From Botryllus schlosseri (Eukaryota): a stretch of 64,000 nt of DNA. The stretch is taken from NCBI GenBank assembly GCA_051294905.1, contig CM119371.1, positions 18,850,001-18,914,000 on the forward strand. Direction: 5' to 3'. Under the pieces are notes generated by a model. That model was not told the origin of the DNA, did not search any database, and saw only the letters and a list, made by a program, of their open reading frames with translations. A program made the position numbers and the translations under genes. Positions 32,701 through 47,018 of the stretch are shown here, piece by piece; position 1 is the first letter of the stretch; every line of letters begins with the position of its first letter.

Positions 32701-35700
32701 GTCACATAAAACGGCAGAAACTGTCACAATCTGTCGCCTACGACCATACCACGTTGAATATACCCGATCTCGTCCGATCTCGGAAGTCAAGCAACGTTGG
32801 GCCCGGTTAGTACTTGCATGGGTGACCGGCTGGGAATACCGGGTGTAGGTAGGCGGCTTTTGGACTTTTTTCGCACAAACTCGATCAATTTGATTGCACG
32901 TACATCTATGAATGTCATCATTTGCTGGCCGCCGCTTCTTTCAGCTATGAACTCGCGCTCAATTTGTAGTTGTACGGGGCCGTTTTCAATATATCGCCAT
33001 CTCGTGCCGTTTTGGCATGACGAGAATTGCAATAAAATAAACTCTGACACGGAGAGCTTAAGTTTTATGTGTGTTTTTCGACCAGTTCGTCCGAAAGTGC
33101 CTCAGAGCAATCAGACAATCTGCTTTTCAGGCGTCTCGTTGACAGCGTGGCGACGGAAATTGTCACATAAAACGGCACAGATCGTAACCGCTGTCGCCTA
33201 CGACCATACCACGTTGAATACACCCGATCTCGTCCGATCTCAGAAGTCAAGCAACGTTGGGCCCGGTTAGTACTTGCATGGGTGACCGGCAGGGAATACC
33301 GGGTGTAGTATTAGGCTGCTTTTGCATTTTTGTCGTACAAACTCGATCAATTCGATTGCTGTGCACTATTCTCATATGAAATATCGCGCGAAATTTGTAA
33401 TTGTAGTCGGCCTAACGCATTTTCATTATATCGCAAACGCCGTAGAGAAACGGACAATGTCACATAAAACGGCAGAAACTGTCACAATCTGTCGCCTACG
33501 ACCATACCACGTTAAATATACCCGATCTCGTCCGATCTCGGAAGTCAAGCAACGTTGGGCCCGGTTAGTACTTGCTTGGGTGACCGGCTGGAAATACCGG
33601 GTGTAGTAGGCGGCTTTTTCATTTTTTTCGCACAAACTCGATCAATTTGATCACTGCGCTGTATTCACGTATGAAGTATCGCGCGAAATTTGTAATTGTA
33701 GTCGGCCTAACACATTTTCATGATATCGCAATCTCGTGCTGTTTTGACATGACGAAAATTCCAATAAAATAACTACTCTGACAGCGAGAGCTTACTTGTC
33801 TGTTTTTCGACCAGACACAAGAACAGAGCAGGACGCCAATGATATTCGACCTCTAATTGGTCAGAAAGTGCCTCGGCGCAATAAGACTATCTACTATTCT
33901 GGCGTCTCGTCGACAGCATGGCGACGGAAATTGTCACATAAAACGGCACAAATCGTAACCACTGTCGCCTACGACCATACCACGTTGAATATACCCGATC
34001 TCGTCCGATCTCGGATGTCAAGCAACGTTGGGCCCGGTTAGTACTTGCATGGGTGACCGGCTGGGAATACTGGGTGTAGGTAGGCGGCTTTTGGACTTTT
34101 TTCGCACAAACTCGATCAATTTGATTGCACGTACATCTATGAATGTCATCATTTGCTGGCCGCCGCTTCTTTCAGCTATGAACTCGCGCTCAATTTGTAG
34201 TTGTACGGGGCCGTTTTCAATATATCGCCATCTCGTGCCGTTTTGGCATGACGAGAATTGCAATAAAATAAACTCTGACACGGAGAGCTTAAGTTTTATG
34301 TGTGTTTTTTGACCAGTTCGTCCGAAAGTGCCTAAGAGCAATCAGACAATCTGCTTTTCAGGCGTCTCGTTGACAGCGTGGCGACGGAAATTGTCACATA
34401 AAACGGCACAGATCGTAACCGCCGTCGCCTACGACCATACCACGTTGAATACACCCGATCTCGTCCGATCTCGGAAGTCAAGCAACGTTGGGCCCGGTTA
34501 GTACTTGCATGGGTGACCGGCAGGGAATACCGGGTGTAGTATTAGGCTGCTTTTGCATTTTTGTCGTACAAACTCGATCAATTCGATTGCTGTGCACTAT
34601 TCTCATATGAACTATCGCGCGAAATTTGTAATTGTAGTCGGCCTAACGCATTTTCATTATATCGCAAACGCCGTAGAGAAACGGACAATGTCACATAAAA
34701 CGGCAGAAACTGTCACAATCTGTCGCCTACGACCATACCACGTTGAATATACCCGATCTCGTCCGATCTCGGAAGTCAAGCAACGTTGGGCCCGGTTAGT
34801 ACTTGCATGGGTGACCGGCTGGAAATACCGGGTGTAGTAGGCGGCTTTTTCATTTTTTTCGCACAAACTCGATCAATTTGATCGCTGCGCTGTATTCACG
34901 TATGAAGTATCGCGCGAAATTTGTAATTGTAGTCGGCCTAACGCATTTTCATTATATCGCAATCGTCTTAGAGAAACGGACAATGTCACATAAAACGGCA
35001 GAAACTGTCTCGATCTGTCGCCTACGACCATAGCACGTTGGATATACCCGATCTCGGAAGTCAAGTAACGTTGGGCCAGGTTAGTACTTGCATGGGTGAC
35101 CGGCTGGGAATACCGGGTGTAGTAGGCGGCTTTTTCATTTTTTTCGCACAAACTCGGTCAATTTGATCGCTGCGCTGTATTCACGTATGAAGTATCGCGC
35201 GAAATTTGTAATTGTAGTCGGCCTAACGCATTTTCATTATATCGCAATCGTCTTAAAGAAACGGACAATGTCACATAAAACGGCAGAAACTGACAGGATC
35301 TGTCGCCTACGACCATACTACGTTGAATATACCCGATCTCGGAAGTCAAGTAACGTTGGGCCCGGTTAGTACTTGCATGGGTGACCGGCTGGGAATACCG
35401 GGTGTAGTAGGCGGCATTTTCATTTTTTGTGCGCAAACTCGATCAATTTGATCGCTGCGCTGTATTCACGTATGAAGTATCGCGCGAAATTTGTAATTGT
35501 AGTCGGCCTAACACATTTTCATGATATAGCAATCTCGTGCTGTTTTGACATGACGAAAATTCCAATAAAATAACTACTCTGACAGCGAGAGCTTACTTGT
35601 CTGTTTTTCGACCAGACACAAGAACAGAGCAGGACGCCAATGATATTCGACCTCTAATTGGTCAGAAAGTGCCTCGGCGCAATAAGACTATCTACTATTC

Positions 35701-38700
35701 TGGCGTCTCGTCGACAGCATGGTGACGGAAATTGTCACATAAAACGGCACAAATCGTAACCACTGTCGCCTACGACCATACCACGTTGAATACACCCGAT
35801 CTCGTCCGATCTCGGAAGTCAAGCAATGTTGGGCCCGGTTAGTACTTGCATGGGTGACCGGCTGGGAATACCGGGTGTAGGTAGGCGGCTTTTGCATTTT
35901 TTGTGCGCAAACTCGATCGTTTTGATTGTAACTGTTTTGTATGCGCACGTAGGCCTACGTACAACTATGATTGTCATCATTTGCTGGCCGCCGCTTATTT
36001 CAATTGGTAGTTATACTAGGCCTGACACATTGTCATTATATCGAAATCTCGTGCTGTTTTCACATGACGAAAAGTGCAATAAAATAACTACTCTGACAGC
36101 GAGAGCTTACTTGTGTGTTTGTCGACAAGATACAAGAACAGAGCAGGATGCCAACGATATTCGACCACTGGCAGATGGGTCGAAAATGCCCCGGCGCAAT
36201 CAGACAATGTGCTTTTCTGGCGTCTCGTCGACAGCATGGCGACGGAAATTGTCACATAAAACGGCACAGATCGTAACCGCTGTCGCCTACGACCATACCA
36301 CGTTGAATACACCCGATCTCGTCCGATCTCGGAAGTCAAGCAATGTTGGGCCCGGTTAGTACTTGCATGGGTGACCGGCTGGGAATACCGGGTGTAGGTA
36401 GGCGGCTTTTGCACTTTTGTCGCACAAACTCGATCAATTCGATTGCTGTGCACTATTCTCATATGAACTATCCCGCGGAATTTGTAATTGTAGTCGGCCT
36501 AACGCATTTTAATTATATCGCAATCGCCTTATGCTTAGAGAAACGAACAATGTCACATAAAACGGCAGAAACTGTCACAATCTGTCGCCTACGACCATAC
36601 CACGTTGAATATACCCGATCTCGTCCGATCTCGGAAGTCAAGCAACGTTGGGCCCGGTTAGTACTTGCATGGGTGACCGGCTGGGAATACCGGGTGTAGG
36701 TAGGCGGCTTTTGGACTTTTTTCGCACAAACTCGATCAATTTGATTGCACGTACATCTATGAATGTCATCATTTGCTGGCCGCCGCTTCTTTCAGCTATG
36801 AACTCGCGCTCAATTTGTAGTTGTACGGGGCCGTTTTCAATATATCGCCATCTCGTGCCGTTTTGGCATGACGAGAATTGCAATAAAATAAACTCTGACA
36901 CGGAGAGCTTAAGTTTTATGTGTGTTTTTCGACCAGTTCGTCCGAAAGTGCCTCAGAGCAATCAGACAATCTGCTTTTCAGGCGTCTCGTTGACAGCGTG
37001 GCGACGGAAATTGTCACATAAAACGGCACAGATCGTAACCGCTGTCGCCTACGACCATACCACGTTGAATACACCCGATCTCGTCCGATCTCAGAAGTCA
37101 AGCAACGTTGGGCCCGGTTAGTACTTGCATGGGTGACCGGCAGGGAATACCGGGTGTAGTATTAGGCTGCTTTTGCATTTTTGTCGTACAAACTCGATCA
37201 ATTCGATTGCTGTGCACTATTCTCATATGAAATATCGCGCGAAATTTGTAATTGTAGTCGGCCTAACGCATTTTCATTATATCGCAAACGCCGTAGAGAA
37301 ACGGACAATGTCACATAAAACGGCAGAAACTGTCACAATCTGTCGCCTACGACCATACCACGTTAAATATACCCGATCTCGTCCGATCTCGGAAGTCAAG
37401 CAACGTTGGGCCCGGTTAGTACTTGCTTGGGTGACCGGCTGGAAATACCGGGTGTAGTAGGCGGCTTTTTCATTTTTTTCGCACAAACTCGATCAATTTG
37501 ATCACTGCGCTGTATTCACGTATGAAGTATCGCGCGAAATTTGTAATTGTAGTCGGCCTAACACATTTTCATGATATCGCAATCTCGTGCTGTTTTGACA
37601 TGACGAAAATTCCAATAAAATAACTACTCTGACAGCGAGAGCTTACTTGTCTGTTTTTCGACCAGACACAAGAACAGAGCAGGACGCCAATGATATTCGA
37701 CCTCTAATTGGTCAGAAAGTGCCTCGGCGCAATAAGACTATCTACTATTCTGGCGTCTCGTCGACAGCATGGCGACGGAAATTGTCACATAAAACGGCAC
37801 AAATCGTAACCACTGTCGCCTACGACCATACCACGTTGAATATACCCGATCTCGTCCGATCTCGGATGTCAAGCAACGTTGGGCCCGGTTAGTACTTGCA
37901 TGGGTGACCGGCTGGGAATACTGGGTGTAGGTAGGCGGCTTTTGGACTTTTTTCGCACAAACTCGATCAATTTGATTGCACGTACATCTATGAATGTCAT
38001 CATTTGCTGGCCGCCGCTTCTTTCAGCTATGAACTCGCGCTCAATTTGTAGTTGTACGGGGCCGTTTTCAATATATCGCCATCTCGTGCCGTTTTGGCAT
38101 GACGAGAATTGCAATAAAATAAACTCTGACACGGAGAGCTTAAGTTTTATGTGTGTTTTTTGACCAGTTCGTCCGAAAGTGCCTAAGAGCAATCAGACAA
38201 TCTGCTTTTCAGGCGTCTCGTTGACAGCGTGGCGACGGAAATTGTCACATAAAACGGCACAGATCGTAACCGCCGTCGCATACGACCATACCACGTTGAA
38301 TACACCCGATCTCGTCCGATCTCGGAAGTCAAGCAACGTTGGGCCCGGTTAGTACTTGCATGGGTGACCGGCAGGGAATACCGGGTGTAGTATTAGGCTG
38401 CTTTTGCATTTTTGTCGTACAAACTCGATCAATTCGATTGCTGTGCACTATTCTCATATGAACTATCGCGCGAAATTTGTAATTGTAGTCGGCCTAACGC
38501 ATTTTCATTATATCGCAAACGCCGTAGAGAAACGGACAATGTCACATAAAACGGCAGAAACTGTCACAATCTGTCGCCTACGACCATACCACGTTGAATA
38601 TACCCGATCTCGTCCGATCTCGGAAGTCAAGCAACGTTGGGCCCGGTTAGTACTTGCATGGGTGACCGGCTGGAAATACCGGGTGTAGTAGGCGGCTTTT

Positions 38701-41690
38701 TCATTTTTTTCGCACAAACTCGATCAATTTGATCGCTGCGCTGTATTCACGTATGAAGTATCGCGCGAAATTTGTAATTGTAGTCGGCCTAACGCATTTT
38801 CATTATATCGCAATCGTCTTAGAGAAACGGACAATGTCACATAAAACGGCAGAAACTGTCTCGATCTGTCGCCTACGACCATAGCACGTTGAATATACCC
38901 GATCTCGGAAGTCAAGTAACGTTGGGCCAGGTTAGTACTTGCATGGGTGACCGGCTGGGAATACCGGGTGTAGTAGGCGGCTTTTTCATTTTTTTCGCAC
39001 AAACTCGGTCAATTTGATCGCTGCGCTGTATTCACGTATGAAGTATCGCGCGAAATTTGTAATTGTAGTCGGCCTAACGCATTTTCATTATATCGCAATC
39101 GTCTTAAAGAAACGGACAATGTCACATAAAACGGCAGAAACTGACAGGATCTGTCGCCTACGACCATACTACGTTGAATATACCCGATCTCGGAAGTCAA
39201 GTAACGTTGGGCCCGGTTAGTACTTGCATGGGTGACCGGCTGGGAATACCGGGTGTAGTAGGCGGCATTTTCATTTTTTGTGCGCAAACTCGATCAATTT
39301 GATCGCTGCGCTGTATTCACGTATGAAGTATCGCGCGAAATTTGTAATTGTAGTCGGCCTAACACATTTTCATGATATAGCAATCTCGTGCTGTTTTGAC
39401 ATGACGAAAATTCCAATAAAATAACTACTCTGACAGCGAGAGCTTACTTGTCTGTTTTTCGACCAGACACAAGAACAGAGCAGGACGCCAATGATATTCG
39501 ACCTCTAATTGGTCAGAAAGTGCCTCGGCGCAATAAGACTATCTACTATTCTGGCGTCTCGTCGACAGCATGGTGACGGAAATTGTCACATAAAACGGCA
39601 CAAATCGTAACCACTGTCGCCTACGACCATACCACGTTGAATACACCCGATCTCGTCCGATCTCGGAAGTCAAGCAATGTTGGGCCCGGTTAGTACTTGC
39701 ATGGGTGACCGGCTGGGAATACCGGGTGTAGGTAGGCGGCTTTTGCATTTTTTGTGCGCAAACTCGATCGTTTTGATTGTAACTGTTTTGTATGCGCACG
39801 TAGGCCTACGTACAACTATGATTGTCATCATTTGCTGGCCGCCGCTTATTTCAATTGGTAGTTATACTAGGCCTGACACATTGTCATTATATCGAAATCT
39901 CGTGCTGTTTTCACATGACGAAAAGTGCAATAAAATAACTACTCTGACAGCGAGAGCTTACTTGTGTGTTTGTCGACAAGATACAAGAACAGAGCAGGAT
40001 GCCAACGATATTCGACCACTGGCAGATGGGTCGAAAATGCCCCGGCGCAATCAGACAATGTGCTTTTCTGGCGTCTCGTCGACAGCATGGCGACGGAAAT
40101 TGTCACATAAAACGGCACAGATCGTAACCGCTGTCGCCTACGACCATACCACGTTGAATACACCCGATCTCGTCCGATCTCGGAAGTCAAGCAATGTTGG
40201 GCCCGGTTAGTACTTGCATGGGTGACCGGCTGGGAATACCGGGTGTAGGTAGGCGGCTTTTGCACTTTTGTCGCACAAACTCGATCAATTCGATTGCTGT
40301 GCACTATTCTCATATGAACTATCCCGCGGAATTTGTAATTGTAGTCGGCCTAACGCATTTTAATTATATCGCAATCGCCTTATGCTTAGAGAAACGAACA
40401 ATGTCACATAAAACGGCAGAAACTGTCACAATCTGTCGCCTACGACCATACCACGTTGAATATACCCGATCTCGTCCGATCTCGGAAGTCAAGCAACGTT
40501 GGGCCCGGTTAGTACTTGCATGGGTGACCGGCTGGGAATACCGGGTGTAGGTAGGCGGCTTTTGGACTTTTTTCGCACAAACTCGATCAATTTGATTGCA
40601 CGTACATCTATGAATGTCATCATTTGCTGGCCGCCGCTTCTTTCAGCTATGAACTCGCGCTCAATTTGTAGTTGTACGGGGCCGTTTTCAATATATCGCC
40701 ATCTCGTGCCGTTTTGGCATGACGAGAATTGCAATAAAATAAACTCTGACACGGAGAGCTTAAGTTTTATGTGTGTTTTTCGACCAGTTCGTCCGAAAGT
40801 GCCTCAGAGCAATCAGACAATCTGCTTTTCAGGCGTCTCGTTGACAGCGTGGCGACGGAAATTGTCACATAAAACGGCACAGATCGTAACCGCTGTCGCC
40901 TACGACCATACCACGTTGAATACACCCGATCTCGTCCGATCTCAGAAGTCAAGCAACGTTGGGCCCGGTTAGTACTTGCATGGGTGACCGGCAGGGAATA
41001 CCGGGTGTAGTATTAGGCTGCTTTTGCATTTTTGTCGTACAAACTCGATCAATTCGATTGCTGTGCACTATTCTCATATGAAATATCGCGCGAAATTTGT
41101 AATTGTAGTCGGCCTAACGCATTTTCATTATATCGCAAACGCCGTAGAGAAACGGACAATGTCACATAAAACGGCAGAAACTGTCACAATCTGTCGCCTA
41201 CGACCATACCACGTTAAATATACCCGATCTCGTCCGATCTCGGAAGTCAAGCAACGTTGGGCCCGGTTAGTACTTGCTTGGGTGACCGGCTGGAAATACC
41301 GGGTGTAGTAGGCGGCTTTTTCATTTTTTTCGCACAAACTCGATCAATTTGATCGCTGCGCTGTATTCACGTATGAAGTATCGCGCGAAATTTGTAATTG
41401 TAGTCGGCCTAACACATTTTCATGATATCGCAATCTCGTGCTGTTTTGACATGACGAAAATTTCAATAAAATAACTACTCTGACAGCGAGAGCTTACTTG
41501 TCTGTTTTTCGACCAGACACAAGAACAGAGCAGGACGCCAATGATATTCGACCTCTAATTGGTCAGAAAGTGCCTCGACGCAATAAGACTATTTACTATT
41601 CTGGCGTCTCGTCGACAGCATGGCGACGGAAATTGTCACATAAAACGGCACAAATCGTAACCACTGTCGCCTACGACCATACCACGTTGA
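29790..41690. repeat. 3851-bp higher-order repeat of 10 5S units, about 3 copies
   Basis: Equivalent ORF-track entries at 29945, 33796, 37647, 41498; diagnostic variants recur in register. Confidence 0.9.
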
Positions 41691-44257
41691 ATACACCCGA
41701 TCTCGTCCGATCTCGGAAGTCAAGCAATGTTGGGCCCGGTTAGTACTTGCATGGGTGACCGGCTGGAAATACCGGGTGTAGTAGGCGGCTTTTTCATTTT
41801 TTTCGCACAAACTCGATCAATTTGATCGCTGCGCTGTATTCACGTATGAAGTATCGCGCGAAATTTGTAATTGTAGTCGGCCTAACTCATTTTCATTATA
41901 TCGCAATCGTCTTAAAGAAACGGACAATGTCACATAAAACGGCAGAAACTGACAGGATCTGTCGCCTACGACCATACTACGTTGAATATACCCGATCTCG
42001 GAAGTCAAGTAACGTTGGGCCCGGTTAGTACTTGCATGGGTGACCGGCTGGGAATACCGGGTGTAGTATTAGGCTGCTTTTGCATTTTTGTCGTACAAAC
42101 TCGATCAATTCGATTGCTGTGCACTATTCTCATATGAACTATCGCGCGAAATTTGTAATTGTAGTCGGCCTAACGCATTTTCATTATATCGCAATCGTCT
42201 TAGAGAAACGGACAATGTCACATAAAACGGCAGAAACTGTCTCGATCTGTCGCCTACGACCATACCACGTTGAATATACCCGATCTCGTCCGATCTCGGA
42301 AGTCAAGTAACGTTGGGCCCGGTTAGTACTTGCATGGGTGACCGGCTGGGAATACCGGGTGTAGTAGGCGGCATTTTCATTTTTTTCGCACAAACTCGAT
42401 CAATTTGATCGCTGCGCTGTATTCACGTATGAAGTATCGCGCGAAATTTGTAATTGTAGTCGGCCTAACACATTTTCATGATATCGCAATCTCGTGCTGT
42501 TTTGACATGACGAAAATTCCAATAAAATAACTACTCTGACAGCGAGAGCTTACTTGTCTGTTTTTCGACCAGACACAAGAACAGAGCAGGACGCCAATGA
42601 TATTCGACCTCTAATTGGTCAGAAAGTGCCTCGGCGCAATAAGACTATCTACTATTCTGGCGTCTCGTCGACAGCATGGCGACGGAAATTGTCACATAAA
42701 ACGGCACAAATCGTAACCAATGTCGCCTACGACCATACCACGTTGAATACACCCGATCTCGTCCGATCTCGGAAGTCAAGCAATGTTGGGCCCGGTTAGT
42801 ACTTGCATGGGTGACCGGCTGGGAATACCGGGTGTAGGTAGGCGGCTTTTGCACTTTTGTCGAACAAACTCGATCAATTCGATTGCTGTGCACTATTCTC
42901 ATATGAACTATCCCGCGGAATTTGTAATTGTAGTCGGCCTAACGCATTTTAATTATATCGCAATCGCCTTATGCTTAGAGAAACGGACAATGTCACATAA
43001 AACGGCAGAAACTGTCACAATCTGTCGCCTACGACCGTACCACGTTGAATATACCCGATCTCGTCCGATCTCGGAAGTCAAGCAACGTTGGGCCCGGTTA
43101 GTACTTGCATGGGTGACCGGCTGGGAATACCGGGTGTAGGTCGGCGGCTTTTGGACTTTTTTCGCACAAACTCGATCAATTTGATTGCACGTACATCTAT
43201 GAATGTCATCATTTGCTGGCCGCCGCTTCTTTCAGCTATGAACTCGCGCTAAATTTGTAGTTGTACGGGGCCGTTTTCAATATATCGCCATCTCGTGCCG
43301 TTTTGGCATGACAAGAATTGCAATAAAATAAACTCTGACACGGAGAGTTCAAGTTTTATGTGTGTTTTTCGACCAGTTCGTCCGAAAGTGCCTCAGAGCA
43401 ATCAGACAATCTGCTTTTCAGGCGTCTCGTTGACAGCGTGGCGACGGAAATTGTCACATAAAACGGCACAGATCGTAACCGCTGTCGCCTACGACCATAT
43501 ACCACGTTGAATACACCCGATCTCGTCCGATCTCGGAATTCAAGCAACGTTGGGCCCGGTTAGTACTTGCATGGGTGACCGGCAGGGAATACCGGGTGTA
43601 GTATTAGGCTGCTTTTGCATTTTTGTCGTACAAACTCGATCAATTCGATTGCTGTGCACTATTCTCATATGAACTATCGCGCGAAATTTGTAATTGTAGT
43701 CGGCCTAACGCATTTTCATTATATCGCAAACGCCGTAGAGAAACGGACAATGTCACATAAAACGGCAGAAACTGTCACAATCTGTCGCCTACGACCATAC
43801 CACGTTGAATATACCCGATCTCGTCCGATCTCGGAAGTCAAGCAACGTTGGGCCAGATTAGTACTTGCATGGGTGACCGGCTGGAAATACCGGGTTTAGT
43901 AGGCGGCTTTTTCATTTTTTTCGCACAAACTCGATCAATTTGATCGCTGCGCTGTATTCACGTATGAAGTATCGCGCGAAATTTGTAATTGTAGTCGGCC
44001 TAACGCATTTTCATTATATCGCAATCGTCTTAGAGAAACGGACAATGTCACATAAAACGGCAGAAACTGTCACGATCTGTCGCCTACGACCATACCACGT
44101 TGAATATACCCGATCTCGTCCGATCTCGGAAGTCAAGTAACGTTGGGCCCGGTTAGTACTTGCATGGGTGACCGGCTGGGAATACCGGGTGTAGTAGGCG
44201 GCTTTTTCATTTTTTTCGCACAAACTCGATCAATTTGATCGCTGCGCTGTATTCACG

Positions 44258-44826
44258 GCGTCCTAAACATAGAAGATATGCGGAAACTAGAAATCGTCAA
44301 GTTTATGTATCAGTTTCACTGCGGTCATTGCCCCGAATACTTCAATGACTTCTTTACCTCTGAATCAAAAGCGCACAAGTACAACACACGCGCGTCCACG
44401 TCGTCCAAATATCATATGATCGACCGCGAAGATCATCGCTCCATCAAATATGCCGGACCTGATGTGTGGAACAGTATCCCGCCGGCCATCCGACAGTCGA
44501 CGAGCATGTCCACATTCAAGTCGAAATACAAGCAATTACTACTAAATAAATACAGTACATCCTCAAGATTACCGGACCACGACTGACCTATCGATCTCGC
44601 TTCCCATGACATGCCGCCCTATTTCTTGTCGCATTCTTTTTCTATACTATCTTCTTTACTTTCATTCAGTGTGCATGCCTCCTCTTTACATCGCCTAGGC
44701 CAAGGTGGGTGTCAGATTCCATAGACTACTCCTTGTCGCTTCGACATCTTCCTGTCTTTTCATTGTATCGCATTTTTTGTGGTGTATTGAACTGATAAAA
44801 TTGCTAATAAACCAATGATGATGATG
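44258..44826 (+). mobile_element. Distant, slightly diverged copy of the LINE 3' fragment
   Basis: Same junctions as 4462-5029, a few substitutions and a 1-bp indel. Confidence 0.8.
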
Positions 44827-46038
44827 ATGAAGTATCGTGCGAAATTTGTAATTGTAGTCGGCCTAACGCATTTTCATTATATCGCAATCGTCTTAGAGAA
44901 ACGGACAATGTCACATAAAACGGCAGAAACTGTCTCGATCTGTCGCCTACGACCATACCACGTTGAATATACCCGATCTCGTCCGATCTCGGAAGTCAAG
45001 TAACGTTGGGCCCGGTTAGTACTTGCATGGGTGACCGGCTGGGAATACCGGGTGTAGTAGGCGGCATTTTCATTTTCTTCGCACAAACTCGATCAATTTG
45101 ATCGCTGCGCTGTATTCACGTATGAAGTATCGCGCGAAATTTGTAATTGTAGTCGGCCTAACGCATTTTCATTATATCGCAATCGTCTTGGAGAAACGGA
45201 CAATGTCACATAAAACGGCAGAAACTGTCTCGATCTGTCGCCTACGACCATACCACGTTGAATATACCCGATCTCGTCCGATCTCGGAAGTCAAGTAACG
45301 TTGGACCCGGTTAGTACTTGCATGGGTGACCGGCTCGGAATACCGGGTGTAGTAGGCGGCTTTTTCATTTTTTTCGCACAAACTCGATCAATTTGATCGC
45401 TGCGCTGTATTCACGTATGAAGTATCGCGCGAAATTTGTAATTGTAGTCGGCCTAACGCATTTTCATTATATCGCAATCGTCTTAGAGAAACGGACAATG
45501 TCACATAAAACGGCAGAAACTGTCTCGATCTGTCGCCTACGACCATACCACGTTGAATATACCCGATCTCGTCCGATCTCGGAAGTCAAGTAACGTTGGG
45601 CCCGGTTAGTACTTGCATGGGTGACCGGCTGGGAATACCGGGTGTAGTAGGCGGCTTTTTCATTTTTTTTCGCACAAACTCGATCAATTTGATCGCTGCG
45701 CTGTATTCACGTATGAAGTATCGCGCGAAATTTGTAATTGTAGTCGGCCTAACGCATTTTCATTATATCGCAATCGTCTTAGAGAAACGGACAATGTCAC
45801 ATAAAACGGCAGAAACTGTCTCGATCTGTCGCCTACGACCATACCACGTTGAATATACCCGATCTCGTCCGATCTCGGAAGTCAAGTAACGTTGGGCCCG
45901 GTTAGTACTTGCATGGGTGACCGGCTGGGAATACCGGGTGTACTAGGCGGCATTTTCATTTTTTTCGCACAAACTCGATCAATTTGATCGCTGCGCTGTA
46001 TTCACGTATGAAGTATCGCGCGAAATTTGTAATTGTAG

Positions 46039-47018
46039 CAGTGTTGGGATCAAGTCACTACCTTCGAGTCACGAGTCATTTCGAGTCATTGCACATTTTG
46101 ACTCGAGTCAAGTCAAGTCAATCGGTTTTCAAAGGTGACTCGAGTCAAGTCAAGTCACTCGATTTTTGGAGGTGACTCGAGTCAAGTCGAGTCAAGTCAA
46201 GTCAAGTCACGAGTCAAGTCACATTTCAAGTCAAGTTGCCTTTTCGATGTATGTATGAGGCATGATTACGTCATTGCAATTTGCTAGCTGTCTGAAATAC
46301 AGTTTGAGTGGTCATTGGTCATTGATTCCGAACCAATGACCGAATATAGAGTTAAATATACACGATAGAAGGCGCTGTATCGCTCACATATGCGTAGAAC
46401 TGTTAAACCACGTAATTGCATAGCCTCAGTTTATAGTTACCAACCAAAATAGAGAATGGAGAAACGAACTGAGAAGATGCAATATGTTACCCATTTACAA
46501 ATAGATATGATACCATTCGAGCCTGCGCCAATGGTTGAGGATTATATAAACTATAATCGACTTCAATTTCAATAAAACAATCGATTTGGTTAAGGTAAGA
46601 TAAGAACAGAGAACAGAAATATACATTTTGCTATTCTATTACTTTAACACTACAGTTACAACAACGTAAGCTTTAAGCTTTGATCACTTCGTTCAATCTA
46701 TTTGTGAGAGAACAATCGAGGCTCGGTGAAATGCACGCTCATTGAATGATTGGTCGCTCTCACGGGTTACACAAGCGTTTCGCGAACAATCAGAACATGT
46801 CCAAGATACAGTGATTTTTATCGGCACCGATTACTTGATGACTTGAAATTGACTCGTGAATTGTGCTCCGAGTCACGAGTCAATCCACATTTCTGATACG
46901 CCGAGTCAAGTCAAGTCAAGTCATTTTAGCAAGGTGACTCGAGTCAAGTCAAGTCATGCGAAAAAGGTGACTCGAGTCTGACTCGAGTCAAGTCATGACT
47001 CGAGTCATCCCAACACTG
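46039..47018. mobile_element. Non-autonomous hAT-type DNA transposon (MITE), 980 bp
   Basis: 12-bp TIR CAGTGTTGGGAT/ATCCCAACACTG; 8-bp TSD AATTGTAG (46031-46038, 47019-47026); subterminal GACTCGAGTC/CAAGT repeats. Confidence 0.9.

Larger units (their letters stand above)
26755..46038 (+). rRNA. 5S rDNA array block (about 50 units, mixed spacer classes)
   Basis: Tandem 5S cores; first intact gene 26985-27102. Confidence 0.95.

Noticed and set aside
26755..46038. Repeat-spacer pattern resembling a CRISPR array
   Set aside because: The repeat is the 118-nt 5S gene, the spacers are long and recurrent, there are no cas genes, and the context is eukaryotic
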